Positions 1 to 9,188 of a stretch of DNA of 64,000 bases are shown here, piece by piece. Origin of the DNA: Candidatus Dormiibacterota bacterium (GTDB lineage Bacteria; Chloroflexota; Dormibacteria; Aeolococcales; Aeolococcaceae); the NCBI GenBank assembly GCA_963718525.1, contig OY970355.1, positions 2,304,001 through 2,368,000 of the forward strand. The letters are read 5' to 3'. How positions within the stretch are numbered: position 1 is the stretch's first letter; every line of letters starts with the position of its first letter. A program made the position numbers and the translations under genes. Under the pieces are notes generated by a model. It was not told the origin of the DNA, made no database searches, and saw nothing but the letters and a program-made list of their open reading frames with translations.

Positions 1-584
1 GCCGCGGTCGTGTCGGTGAACCAGGTGAGCTCCTTGTCGAGGAGCACAACGTACGGATACGGCCACGCCAGAAACAGGAAGAGCACCGCTGCACGTACCC
101 GCACCAGAGCGCGCACGCCAAACGCGAGCGATATCGCACCAGCGGCGAAGAGCGGCAGCGAGAGCAGGTCGAGCCTGTGCAGCCAGTACACACTTGGCAG
201 CCCCTCCGGCGCGACGATCAGCAGCGCCATTGCCAGCGTGAGCAGGGGGACGCCGACGATATAGTCGAGGTAGCGGTCGTGAATATCCGGCGCAGCCGAG
301 CGCCGCTGCGCCAGAACGACCCCGAGCAGCAGCGCGATGAGTGGCACCAGCCCGAGGTACGCGAGGGGCGTCTGCTGGTCCATCTCCTGGACCAGCGTCT
401 GCAGTGAATAGTTGTAGGCAAGTGCCACGGACAGGACCACCGCAGCCGCGCGCCAGAACGCTGCAGCATGCAGGGCGTTGTCGATCCGACGCATGCCGGA
501 TTCCAGCATCGAGAAGCGCGAAGTTGGCGTACCGTCGCTTGGCGCGGGCCTGGGTGTCCCTGCCGACGCGCGGCTCGCGATCAT
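1..584 (-). CDS. Exosortase/archaeosortase-family multi-pass membrane protein, N-terminal part (runs off the window)
   Basis: Not in the ORF track. Manual translation from ATG 584 (RBS GGGAG) is open to the edge: ...VALAYNYSLQTLVQEMDQQTPLAYLGLVPLIALLLG...LDLLSLPLFAAGAISLAFGVRALVRVRAAVLFLFLAWPYPY. This resembles the EpsH pattern (GFLVPLI...FGWRALR...LFLLFAIPLP). Catalytic Cys/Arg/His lie outside the window. Confidence 0.7.
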   Translation of the reverse strand, partial: MIASRASAGTPRPAPSDGTPTSRFSMLESGMRRIDNALHAAAFWRAAAVVLSVALAYNYSLQTLVQEMDQQTPLAYLGLVPLIALLLGVVLAQRRSAAPDIHDRYLDYIVGVPLLTLAMALLIVAPEGLPSVYWLHRLDLLSLPLFAAGAISLAFGVRALVRVRAAVLFLFLAWPYPYVVLLDKELTWFTDTTA

Positions 585-606
585 GCGACTGGCTCCCTAA
601 GCTTGA

Positions 607-1254
607 TCAGGCAGGAGCGGGCGCTGCCATGGTCTGACGCCGGCGAAGGAACAGGACGTAGCCGGCGATCGCGAGCAGCATGCCGATCGGGATGAGGATC
701 GCCAGCGGTACCTCCGGGACAGGAGGACCTGCACCCGGGAGGACAGATTTCGAGTCGACGTGGGCCGCGATCGTGCCGTCCTTCTTCACGACCCAGAAGT
801 CGTTCTTCACGCGGACGGCCTTGTCGGGAATGTTGCCTGCGGGGTAGGCCAGCGTGTACGTGCAGTTGAACCCCCCGTCGTCGTTGGTCTTGATCCTGAT
901 CGGTGTTGGAGTCGGGGCTGTCCTGGGCGGCGTGTTCGGATAGGAACCACCCGACAGGATCCTGAAACTGCCGCCGACGGCGGACCCGTGGACGCAAGCG
1001 CCCCAACTGATGGTGTAGCGGCCGTGGGCGAACCCGGTGCCAACCGGGAGCGCTTCGATAGCGTCAACGGCGGAGTACGTCGTGTCCGGTGCCAGTTTTT
1101 CGAACGTGATCTTGCCGCTGGTGGTTGGCGTTGTCAGCCTCCCACTTGCATCAACGGAGACAGTCTTGGAATTTGCACTCGCCTGCAGCGGGAAGACGCA
1201 GGCACCCGCTGCGACGATGAGGAGCGCGGACACCTTGAGATTTCGACGCACCAC
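607..1254 (-). CDS. Secreted protein with C-terminal PEP-CTERM-like sorting signal (VPEVP + TM helix + RRR)
   Basis: Signal peptide ending ASA; C-terminus PPVPEVPLAILIPIGMLLAIAGYVLFLRRRQ; lies directly upstream of the exosortase-like gene. Confidence 0.8.
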   Translation of the reverse strand: MVRRNLKVSALLIVAAGACVFPLQASANSKTVSVDASGRLTTPTTSGKITFEKLAPDTTYSAVDAIEALPVGTGFAHGRYTISWGACVHGSAVGGSFRILSGGSYPNTPPRTAPTPTPIRIKTNDDGGFNCTYTLAYPAGNIPDKAVRVKNDFWVVKKDGTIAAHVDSKSVLPGAGPPVPEVPLAILIPIGMLLAIAGYVLFLRRRQTMAAPAPA

Positions 1255-1583
1255 CTAGATCCCCCTGAACGGAGCGGTTGCTCCCGACTTGCTCTCTGCG
1301 ACCTGAGGGCTGAGTCGAATGGAACCAGCGTGCCAATCCCCGAGTCGGCAGGCGTGCCGAGCAGAGGCAGGTGCGTATGTCCCACCCAATGTGAAGTCCC
1401 CCAAGCTCTCGGAACGTGTAGCCCGCGTCCCCACGCGGTTCCCTTGCTACCTGCGTTCGTTTCGTCAGCGTACGGGGCGTAAGGGGCGTTTGTCAACTTT
1501 GGCGCGATCCGCGGTCTCGAGTGTTCTGGAGGGTTAGACGCGAGCAGTTCGACGTGAAGCTGGCAGCTCGGCGCCAGACGCCC

Positions 1584-1637
1584 TTGACTTCCTTACGGTG
1601 TAAGGGTACGATATCCACCGTAACTTACATTGTAAGT
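1584..1637 (+). promoter_or_regulatory. Sigma70-type promoter with two CTTAC-N3-GTAAG palindromic operators
   Basis: TTGACT (1584-1589), 17 bp, TACGAT (1607-1612); palindromes CTTACGGTGTAAG 1592-1604 and CTTACATTGTAAG 1624-1636. Confidence 0.75.
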
Positions 1638-1675
1638 ATCGACGAGGGCCAGGAGCGCGCCCAGGAGGAATCACC

Positions 1676-2473
1676 ATGAAGTCACCGAAGCGGATCGCCA
1701 GGATCGCCGGCATTCTCTACCTGCTCGTGTTTATATTCGGCGGCTTTGCGGAAGGCATCGCTGAACCCCAGATGTACGTCGCGGGCAACGCGGCGGCCAC
1801 TGCGGGCAGCGTCGTCGCCCATGTTGGACTTGTCCGAGTGGGGGTGGTTGCGGAGCTGATCAATGGGCCACTCTTCCTCTTTCTGGCCTTGACTCTCTAC
1901 GTCCTCCTGAAGGAGGTGCACAAGGGCATGGCGCGGGCGATGCTCGTCCTCGTCGCGCTCGCGACCGGCATCACGTGCCTCGGTGCGGTGAGCGAATTTG
2001 AAGGCTTGCGGGTGGCAACCGGTGCCGTCGACCTGAGCAGCCTCGGGGTGTCGGGGTCGAACGCGGTGGTGCTGCTCCTGCTCGACGCCCAGCACTACGG
2101 GTTGCTCGTTGCGCAGATCTTCTTTGGCCTGTGGCTCGCACCGCTCGGCTATCTCGCCTACAAATCGGGCTGGTTCCCGAAGGCATTGGGCGTCGCGCTC
2201 GTGACCGGAGCCGCCTGCTACCTCGTGGACGTCCTCGCCGCGTTCTTACTTCCCGATCTCGGCACAGCGATCCATGGCTTCGTCACGATCCCCTCAATAA
2301 TCGCGGAGCTTTGGATGGCCGGCTACCTCCTCGTGATCGGCGTGAAGAGAGCCAAGATCTCACAGCGGGTAACCGCAACCTCGCGACGGAATGCGCCACG
2401 GGTCAGTCGCGGTACCACCGTCTACCTGGATCGCGCCGAGACGGGACTCGATCGAACACGGGAACTGACGTAA
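1676..2473 (+). CDS. DUF4386-family membrane protein
   Basis: RBS AGGAGG; ARIAGILYL, IFFGLWLAPLGYL and ELWMAGYLLVIGV motifs; about 6 TM helices. Confidence 0.75.
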   Translation: MKSPKRIARIAGILYLLVFIFGGFAEGIAEPQMYVAGNAAATAGSVVAHVGLVRVGVVAELINGPLFLFLALTLYVLLKEVHKGMARAMLVLVALATGITCLGAVSEFEGLRVATGAVDLSSLGVSGSNAVVLLLLDAQHYGLLVAQIFFGLWLAPLGYLAYKSGWFPKALGVALVTGAACYLVDVLAAFLLPDLGTAIHGFVTIPSIIAELWMAGYLLVIGVKRAKISQRVTATSRRNAPRVSRGTTVYLDRAETGLDRTRELT

Positions 2474-2587
2474 CGACCAGCGGAGTGCGACGGGACCCGG
2501 GCCTTCTTCGGTGTGTTGGGTATTGGCAATCTCAGCCTCGCCGAGCTCAGGGCGATTCTCGTGCTACATCAAGCTCGGACGCGAGCA

Positions 2588-2624
2588 GGGTCCAAGGTCA
2601 CATGGCACTGATGCGATTGGACCC
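2588..2624. promoter_or_regulatory. Paired DosR/DevR-like boxes upstream of sqr
   Basis: GGGTCCAAGGTCAC (2588-2601) fits G.G.C-N4-G.C.C; second site ATGCGATTGGACCC (2611-2624); outer arms form the inverted repeat CAGGGTCCAA/TTGGACCCTG. Confidence 0.5.
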
Positions 2625-2662
2625 TGGCTGACGATCGCACTAGGTGCCATCCTGGCGTTGCG

Positions 2663-3916
2663 ATGAATGACCGAAAGCACGTTCTCATTCTCGGTGGCGG
2701 GACAGGTGGGACGATCACCGCTAACCGCTTGCGCAGGGCGCTGCCGCGATCAACCGACATCACGGTGGTCGATGGGAACGACGCCCACGTATATCAGCCT
2801 GGTTTGCTCTTTGTCCCCTTTGGATTGGCTCAGGCGGATGAACTGGTGCGATCGCGGGGCGATCAGTTGCATGCAGGCATTCGTTACCTCCAAGCCACCA
2901 TCGAGAGCGTTGACCTGGGCACGAATGTGGTCCGGTTCGAGGGCGGAACAAGTGCGAGTTACGACGTCCTAGTCGTCGCGACGGGCGCGGTGCTAATGCC
3001 CGGTGAGACTGAAGGGCTTGCTGGTCCGGGATGGGGGGAAAGTGTCTTCACGTTCTACTCACTCGAGGGGGCGCGTGCGCTCAGGCCCGCGCTCGCGAAC
3101 TTCAAGGCCGGCAGGATCATTGTGAACGTCGTCGACATGCCCATCAAGTGCCCGGTGGCACCGTTGGAGTTCTGCTTCCTCGCCGACTGGTTCTTTCGCG
3201 AGAAGGGCGTCCGCGACCAGATCGCGCTGACCTACGTGACGCCACTCGACGGTGCCTTCACCAAGCCAGTGGCGTCACGGCGGCTCGGCGAACTCCTGGC
3301 ACAGAAAGGCATCGAGGTCGTCACCGAGTTCAACACCGGGAGTGTCGACGCCACAGCGGGGAAGCTGGTTGCATACGACGGGCGAGAGGTGCCGTTCGAC
3401 CTGGCCGTGGTGGTGCCACTCCACGGCGGTGCGGAGTTCATCGGTCGCTCCCCCGGCCTGGGCGACGACCTCAACTTCATACCCACTGACTCCCACACGC
3501 TGCAATCCAAGGTTGCGCCGAATATCTTCGCAATCGGTGATGCGGCGGGGCTGCCTGTATCTAAGGCGGGGTCCGTCACGCACTTCGAAGGTGAGGTGCT
3601 CACCGAGAACATCCGAAGATTCCTCGAAGGGGAATCCCTTGACGCGAGCTACGACGGCCACGCCAACTGCTTCATCGAGACCGGTTTTGGCAAGGCCGTG
3701 CTCATCGACTTCAACTACGACACAGAGCCCTTGCCCGGTCATTTTCCTGGGCGCGTCGGCCTGCCGCTCCTGAAGGAGTCGCACCTCAACCATCTCGGCA
3801 AGCTGATGTTCCAGTGGTTCTACTGGCACGCGCTGCTACCGGGTCATTCCATCCCCGGCATCGCATCGGACATGCCGACCGCCGGCAAACACAAGGTTCC
3901 CGCGGGAACGCACTGA
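2663..3916 (+). CDS. sqr: Sulfide:quinone oxidoreductase (type III-like FAD-dependent oxidoreductase)
   Basis: GGGTGG Rossmann motif, YQPGLLF, IKCPVAPLEF and ANCFIETG cysteine motifs, FAIGDA. Confidence 0.85.
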   Translation: MNDRKHVLILGGGTGGTITANRLRRALPRSTDITVVDGNDAHVYQPGLLFVPFGLAQADELVRSRGDQLHAGIRYLQATIESVDLGTNVVRFEGGTSASYDVLVVATGAVLMPGETEGLAGPGWGESVFTFYSLEGARALRPALANFKAGRIIVNVVDMPIKCPVAPLEFCFLADWFFREKGVRDQIALTYVTPLDGAFTKPVASRRLGELLAQKGIEVVTEFNTGSVDATAGKLVAYDGREVPFDLAVVVPLHGGAEFIGRSPGLGDDLNFIPTDSHTLQSKVAPNIFAIGDAAGLPVSKAGSVTHFEGEVLTENIRRFLEGESLDASYDGHANCFIETGFGKAVLIDFNYDTEPLPGHFPGRVGLPLLKESHLNHLGKLMFQWFYWHALLPGHSIPGIASDMPTAGKHKVPAGTH

Positions 3917-3926
3917 AAGGAAGCAC

Positions 3927-4244
3927 ATGAACGTCGCAACCGTCGAGCTCGCCGACGTGGCTCGCAACGATGAGGGTTTCTTTCTTGACCCATCGCAGTG
4001 GAGCGATGCCATGGTCCCCGCGCTCGCCGCACAGGAAGGCATCAGCGACCTCACCGACCGTCATTGGCAGGTCATCCGCTTCATGAGGAGTGAGTACCTG
4101 GAGAAGGGGACCGGACCCACCGTGCGCGTGTTGGGCAAAGCATCTGGCGTTTCCATCAAAGAGTTGTACGAACTGTTCCCCAAGGGCCCGGCAAAGGTGG
4201 CCGCACGGATTGCCGGTATCCCCAAGCCACGCGGCTGCATCTGA
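3927..4244 (+). CDS. TusE/DsrC-family sulfur relay protein (single C-terminal Cys)
   Basis: DEGFFLDPSQW, LTDRHWQVIRFMR, LYELFPKGPAK...AGIPKPRGCI; only CysA present, CysB replaced by Ala. Confidence 0.9.
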   Translation: MNVATVELADVARNDEGFFLDPSQWSDAMVPALAAQEGISDLTDRHWQVIRFMRSEYLEKGTGPTVRVLGKASGVSIKELYELFPKGPAKVAARIAGIPKPRGCI

Positions 4245-4259
4245 CAAGGAGGATCTGAG

Positions 4260-4784
4260 ATGACCACCCTGACGGTCGAGCCAACCGCGGCACCGACTGT
4301 GGCGCCAAAGACATTCATGCCGGCGACCATAGAGAAGGTGTCGATCATCATCTCCAAGGGATCCCTTGACGGGGTATACCCGGGCTTGATCATGGCCAAC
4401 GGTGCGCGCGCCGAGGGGATCGAGGCGAATCTGTTCTTCACCTTCTTCGGGCTCGATGCCATCCACAAGGCGCGTCATGAGCACATTAAGATCGCGACCG
4501 TGGGGAACCCCGGATTGCATCTCTCCACCTGGCTTGGTGGTGTTCCCGGTATGTCGAGTGTGATGACCCACTACATGGCCTCCAAGATGGAGAAGCTCGA
4601 TATTCCGTCCATCCCAGAGTTCGTCGAGATGATCGCCGACACCGGCGCTGGCCTATATGCGTGCAAGGCGTCCGTCGATTTGTTCGGTCTCACCAAGGAG
4701 GATTTCATCCCCCAAGTGGAGGACATCATCACCGTGGGCGAGTTCTACGAGAAGGCCGCCGGCGGCCAGATCATCTTCACTTGA
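4260..4784 (+). CDS. DsrE2/DrsH-like (DsrE/DsrF family) sulfur transferase
   Basis: SIIISKGSLD, LFFTFFGLDAI, YACKASVDLFG and GGQIIF motifs; RBS AGGAGG. Confidence 0.85.
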   Translation: MTTLTVEPTAAPTVAPKTFMPATIEKVSIIISKGSLDGVYPGLIMANGARAEGIEANLFFTFFGLDAIHKARHEHIKIATVGNPGLHLSTWLGGVPGMSSVMTHYMASKMEKLDIPSIPEFVEMIADTGAGLYACKASVDLFGLTKEDFIPQVEDIITVGEFYEKAAGGQIIFT

Positions 4785-4791
4785 AGCAGCC

Positions 4792-5220
4792 ATGGAACTG
4801 ACAGTGGTCAGCCTCGGCGGTGACCGCCACCGGATCACGGTGCGCGGTCACGAAGTGATCGTCGACCAGCCTCGGGAGTCGGGTGGTGAGGATGCCGGCC
4901 CGACACCCACCGATCTCTTCGTCGCATCCCTGGCGTCGTGCGTCGCCCACTATGCCCGCCGCGGCATGGGCTCCGGCGGGGAGAGACCGATGGTGCGTTG
5001 CACGTGGACGATGAGCGAGACGCCACCCTGGCGTGTCGACAGTATCGCCATCGAGGTACAACTTCCTTCGAGCACGAGCGTGTCTCGCGTCGAAGCAGTC
5101 CGTCGAGCGATTGGCCATTGCACCGTGCACAACACGCTGCATTCACCGCCTACCATCTCGATTCGAGCGGCGGTGGCTCCTAGAGCAGCTCAGTCCACGC
5201 ATCTTGCTGTCGTGTCGTAG
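4792..5220 (+). CDS. OsmC/YhfA-family protein
   Basis: DQPRESGGEDAGPTPTDLFVASLASC and HCTVHNTL motifs; start reset to ATG 4792. Confidence 0.85.
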   Translation: MELTVVSLGGDRHRITVRGHEVIVDQPRESGGEDAGPTPTDLFVASLASCVAHYARRGMGSGGERPMVRCTWTMSETPPWRVDSIAIEVQLPSSTSVSRVEAVRRAIGHCTVHNTLHSPPTISIRAAVAPRAAQSTHLAVVS

Positions 5221-5423
5221 ACACCAAAACGCCCGTTATCCGCCAGTGGTACCTGTTTCCCGCCGAGCCTTTCGGGGTTTCATCAGCCGTGCGCAGACAC
5301 GCGAGAGTCGGAACGGATACGGCCACACCACCGGCTCAACCGAAGCAGCGGTCACCACGAAAGCGATGATGGTTGACCTTCGGTTCGTCAGGTGCCCACA
5401 TGTATCCAGAGGAGACCAAAGCG

Positions 5424-5975
5424 ATGGGAACCATCCGCGTCCATGAGTTCATCACCCTTGACGGCGTCATCGACGCGCCGACCTGGGCCGCCGACTACCC
5501 GTTCGATCCCCGGATGGGAGAGGCGATCGGCAGCGTCATGGCTGGCTGCAAAGCCATACTGCTCGGCCGCCACACCTTCGAGATGTTCGCGCCGGCGTGG
5601 TCGCAGCGATCAGCTGCAGAGGATCCGGGCGCGCCGTTCATGAACGGCTCTCCCAAGTACGTCGTCGCAGCCACGCCGCCCAGTGTCGAGTGGAGCAACG
5701 CGACGGTGCTCGGGAGGTACGACGCTGCGCGCCTTCGCCGGTTGAAAGAGGACGTCGACGGTGGCATCTACGTCAGCGGCAGCGGCACGCTCGTGCGCGC
5801 CATGCTGAGGGACAGGCTCATCGACGAGCTGCACCTCTTCATGTACCCGATCGTCTCCGGTTCGGGCTCGCGGTTGTTCGGTGATGACGCCTCAGCCGCG
5901 AAACTGGAGCTCGAGGCATGCAAGTCGTATACCGGAGGGATCGTGCGGCTCACCTACCGCGTTCCTCGCAGCTGA
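5424..5975 (+). CDS. Dihydrofolate reductase/RibD C-terminal family protein
   Basis: FITLDGVI, LLGRHTF, GSGTLVRAM and IDELHLFMYP motifs; RBS GAGGAG before ATG 5424. Confidence 0.85.
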   Translation: MGTIRVHEFITLDGVIDAPTWAADYPFDPRMGEAIGSVMAGCKAILLGRHTFEMFAPAWSQRSAAEDPGAPFMNGSPKYVVAATPPSVEWSNATVLGRYDAARLRRLKEDVDGGIYVSGSGTLVRAMLRDRLIDELHLFMYPIVSGSGSRLFGDDASAAKLELEACKSYTGGIVRLTYRVPRS

Positions 5976-6198
5976 GACGTTGCATACGTCGCTGGCCTCG
6001 ATGTTGACGTTTGACACCGATGCCCGTTGACATCGTCACCTGTTGTCGCTCTCAACGGGCACGCGAGATTCGAAACGCGGACCGTCGGCCTCGTGTTCGA
6101 CGAACGTCACCCGACTTCTGGTGTCATTCGGCTCTGGCGACGCCGGCACGGACGGGCCACCCTGAATCGATGAACCGTCTCATGAAGCTGGGTGTGCG

Positions 6199-8118
6199 AT
6201 GAAAGTCCAAGTCGTGTACGGAGGCAAGGCGGAGGGAACATCAGGGATCGCGTCCGCAGGAGATGACGGCGGGCAGTCGACGTCAGTCACGGAGCGTCAG
6301 ACGATCATGGGCCCCGTTCATGACCGAACATTGATCGAGCTGTTTCAACACCAGGTCGCGTTCCGCGCCGAGGAACCCGCGATGTTCCGGCGCATCAACG
6401 GTCAGTGGGTTCCGATGACGTGGGCGGAGTACGCCGCGCAGGCACGGGCGTTCGCCGCCTACCTGGTGAGTTCCGGTCTTGGCGCGGGAGGCCATCTTGC
6501 CATCTGGTCCTTCAACCGACCGGAGTTTGTTGTCGCGAGCACCGCCACGATGCTCGCAGGCGCGAGCTCGGCGCCGTTGTATCAGACCTTGAGTGCCGAT
6601 GAGGCCGCTTACGTACTCAATCACTCAGAGGCGTCCATCGCCGTCGTGGAGAGCCAAGACCTTCTCGCAAAGCTGCGCGAGCTGCGGAACCGGTTGCCCG
6701 CCCTAAAGGGAGTCGTCCTCCTCGAAGGGACCGTGAACGCCGACGATGCGGACTTCGTCATATCGTGGAGCGACGCACTCCATCGCGGCGCGGAAGTCCT
6801 GTCGGACGTTGCCCATGAGCTCGACGCACGACGCGAGGCGATTCGGTCCTCCGACGTTGCCACGCTTGTATATACGAGCGGCACCACCGGGCCTCCCAAG
6901 GCAGTCATGGCGACGCACGGTAACTTGATCGCGGCCATAGACGCGATCGGACCGATTGTCATGCTGTCGCCACGCGATCGTGTGCTGAGCTACCTGCCCC
7001 TTGCTCACATACTTGAGCGGCTCAACAGTGAGGTGCGCCTCTACTACGTGGGGAGCCCGCTGTGGTTCGCATCCTCTCTCGCGGCCATGCCGGGTGAGGT
7101 CCACGAGCTGCGACCGACATGCTTCGTCGGTGTGCCGCGCGTGTGGGAGAAGATGGCTGTGACCATCAACGCCACGATCGATGCCATGCCCTCGTTGCGC
7201 CGTCGCTTGGTTCGGTGGGCGATCGGAGTCGGCGAGGACGGTGTCGACCGGAGTCAACGCGGCGAGTCATCGACTCTCGCTGAGCGCTTTCGCCACGTGA
7301 TTGCCGATCATCTTGTGCTGCACCGGATACGCGTGGAAACGGGACTCGACCGAGCGCACACTCTGATCACGGGTGCTGCGCCGATCTCCACACAGGTGTT
7401 GCGCTTCTTTCACAGCCTCGGCCTGGAGATCCGCGAAGGGTACGGGATGAGTGAGAACATGACCGTCACCGCGGTTAATCGACCTGGCGCAACGCGGCTT
7501 GGGACGGTGGGGAAAGCGGTACCCGGAATCGATGTCCGCATCGCAGAAGACGGGGAGATCCTGATGCGAGGCGACGTGGTATTCGCCGGATATTTCAAGG
7601 ATCCGCAGGCTACGGCGGAGACGGTGATCGAAGGCTGGCTGCACACCGGAGACATCGGAGAGCTGGATGTCGATGGGTATCTGCGCATCACGGATCGCAA
7701 GAAGGATCTGATCATCACCGCAGGCGGGAAGAACATATCCCCGAACAACATTGAGAGTGCACTTCGGAGCAGCCTCATTGCGAACCCCGTGGTGATCGGC
7801 GACCGCCGGCCGTATCTCACTGCTCTGCTGGCGCTCGACCTGAAAGTGCTCGAGCGTTTTGCTGCTGAGCACGGCCTTGGCACAGAGACTCCAGATCTGC
7901 TGAACCATCCCGTCGTGCACGATGCGGTGCAGAGTTCGGTGGACGCGGTCAATCGGCGCCTCGCCAAGGTGGAGCAGGTGCGTCGCTGGGCGCTGCTCCC
8001 CCGCGAGTTCAGCGTCGGCGTCGAGCTGACTCCCACATTCAAGATTCGCCGCAAGGTCGTCGCCGAGCGCTATGCCGATCAGATCGATCAGCTCTATGCC
8101 TCGAGTCCTTCGCGATAG
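6199..8118 (+). CDS. Long-chain fatty acid--CoA ligase (AMP-dependent synthetase)
   Basis: YTSGTTGPPK, YLPLAHI, EGYGMSE, GWLHTGDIG, RKKDLIITAGGKN, ELTPTFK; true start may be ATG 6307. Confidence 0.92.
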   Translation: MKVQVVYGGKAEGTSGIASAGDDGGQSTSVTERQTIMGPVHDRTLIELFQHQVAFRAEEPAMFRRINGQWVPMTWAEYAAQARAFAAYLVSSGLGAGGHLAIWSFNRPEFVVASTATMLAGASSAPLYQTLSADEAAYVLNHSEASIAVVESQDLLAKLRELRNRLPALKGVVLLEGTVNADDADFVISWSDALHRGAEVLSDVAHELDARREAIRSSDVATLVYTSGTTGPPKAVMATHGNLIAAIDAIGPIVMLSPRDRVLSYLPLAHILERLNSEVRLYYVGSPLWFASSLAAMPGEVHELRPTCFVGVPRVWEKMAVTINATIDAMPSLRRRLVRWAIGVGEDGVDRSQRGESSTLAERFRHVIADHLVLHRIRVETGLDRAHTLITGAAPISTQVLRFFHSLGLEIREGYGMSENMTVTAVNRPGATRLGTVGKAVPGIDVRIAEDGEILMRGDVVFAGYFKDPQATAETVIEGWLHTGDIGELDVDGYLRITDRKKDLIITAGGKNISPNNIESALRSSLIANPVVIGDRRPYLTALLALDLKVLERFAAEHGLGTETPDLLNHPVVHDAVQSSVDAVNRRLAKVEQVRRWALLPREFSVGVELTPTFKIRRKVVAERYADQIDQLYASSPSR

Positions 8119-8185
8119 TCGCCTGCTCACGACTGCCGTATGACGTTGACGAGTACTCAACTTGGGATCGGGTGTCGCCTCCTGC

Positions 8186-8207
8186 CTTGATGACCAATGG
8201 CCCTTGC
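8186..8207. promoter_or_regulatory. DosR/DevR-like box, copy 1 (CTTGATGACCAATGGCCCTTGC)
   Basis: 20/22 identical to 12256-12277; both are intergenic and upstream of stress-type genes. Confidence 0.65.
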
Positions 8208-8293
8208 GGTTGGATGGGTGGGGGGGAACGATCAACCCAAACAGCAGCAGGCCCCGGCCGGGGACCAGAGAGTGACAAGAGGAGGTACGGCCA

Positions 8294-8815
8294 ATGATTG
8301 CGATCGTTGCGTATGAGACCCTATTCGGGAATACCAGGCGCATCGCGGAGGCGGTCGCCGACGGAATGCGTCCGCACTGCCAGGTTACCGTCATGCCGGT
8401 TGCCGCTTGCGTTCGCGAGTCCCTGGCCGCAGCGGACCTTCTTGTGGTTGGTGGACCGACACATACGCACGGGATGGCGCGTCCTGGCACGCGCAAAATG
8501 GCGGGCGTCGCCGCAGAGATAGCGAGCGCACCCGGTGCGCGCGAGTTCCTCAGCACGCTGGCACGCGCTGAAGGGAAGTACGCGGCCGCGTTCGACACCC
8601 GGCTGAACGGAGTGCGTCCGTTCACCGGGGCTGCGTCGCGACCCATCGCCAGGCGGCTGCGCCGCGCCGGCTATACCCTGCTGCACCCGTCAGCGAGCTT
8701 CGTCGTCAAGAGCGCCAAAGGGCCGCTGTTGGATGGCGAGATCGAGCGGGCGACAGCATGGGGCGAGTTTCTGGCCCAACAGGCCGGTGCGAGCATCTCG
8801 CGGATGGCCGCGTAA
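8294..8815 (+). CDS. Flavodoxin-family protein
   Basis: YETLFGNTRRIAEAVA, VGGPTHTHG and AAFDTR motifs; RBS GAGGAGG. Confidence 0.9.
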   Translation: MIAIVAYETLFGNTRRIAEAVADGMRPHCQVTVMPVAACVRESLAAADLLVVGGPTHTHGMARPGTRKMAGVAAEIASAPGAREFLSTLARAEGKYAAAFDTRLNGVRPFTGAASRPIARRLRRAGYTLLHPSASFVVKSAKGPLLDGEIERATAWGEFLAQQAGASISRMAA

Positions 8816-8847
8816 GCGTGCGGAGGAGGAGGAGGAGGCATGCAAGC

Positions 8848-8970
8848 GCTAGATGCGAACACAGTAATCTGCGCGAGTACAAGCTCATCCCGGCGAATGC
8901 AAGCCACCGGCCCGCAACGGAAGGAAATCTGCTGACCCACACAGCCGGGATACCGCAGATAGCACTCGGT
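8848..8970 (+). pseudogene. Fragment of a beta-lactamase-family serine hydrolase gene
   Basis: Intergenic frame encodes LREYKLIPANASHRPATEGNLLTHTAGIPQ; LLTHTAG is the family signature; no full ORF. Confidence 0.5.
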
Positions 8971-9188
8971 TACTGCGGTGCTACCTCATCGGCCTGTTTC
9001 GCGATCTAGCCGGGATGGCTGGAAAGCGGCAGATCGGGAACGCGTTACGGCATGGGCCTCGGAGGCTTGGATGAGTACAACGACGCTCGTTCGCAGCGCT
9101 CAAGCGGTGTCTCGCTGATGATGTCGCTGCATTGCCGTAACAATGTCGCGGCTGGCGCAGTATCCCGCTACTAAGGTCGGCGCCCATG

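Noticed and set aside
3927-4784. Dissimilatory sulfite reduction or reverse-Dsr pathway
   Set aside because: The DsrC homolog lacks CysB and there is no dsrAB or dsrMKJOP in the window.
7267-8646. Long antisense ORFs (also 13400-14536, 16304-17716, 40190-41395, 48886-50232)
   Set aside because: They overlap well-supported genes on the opposite strand, as expected from high-GC codon bias.
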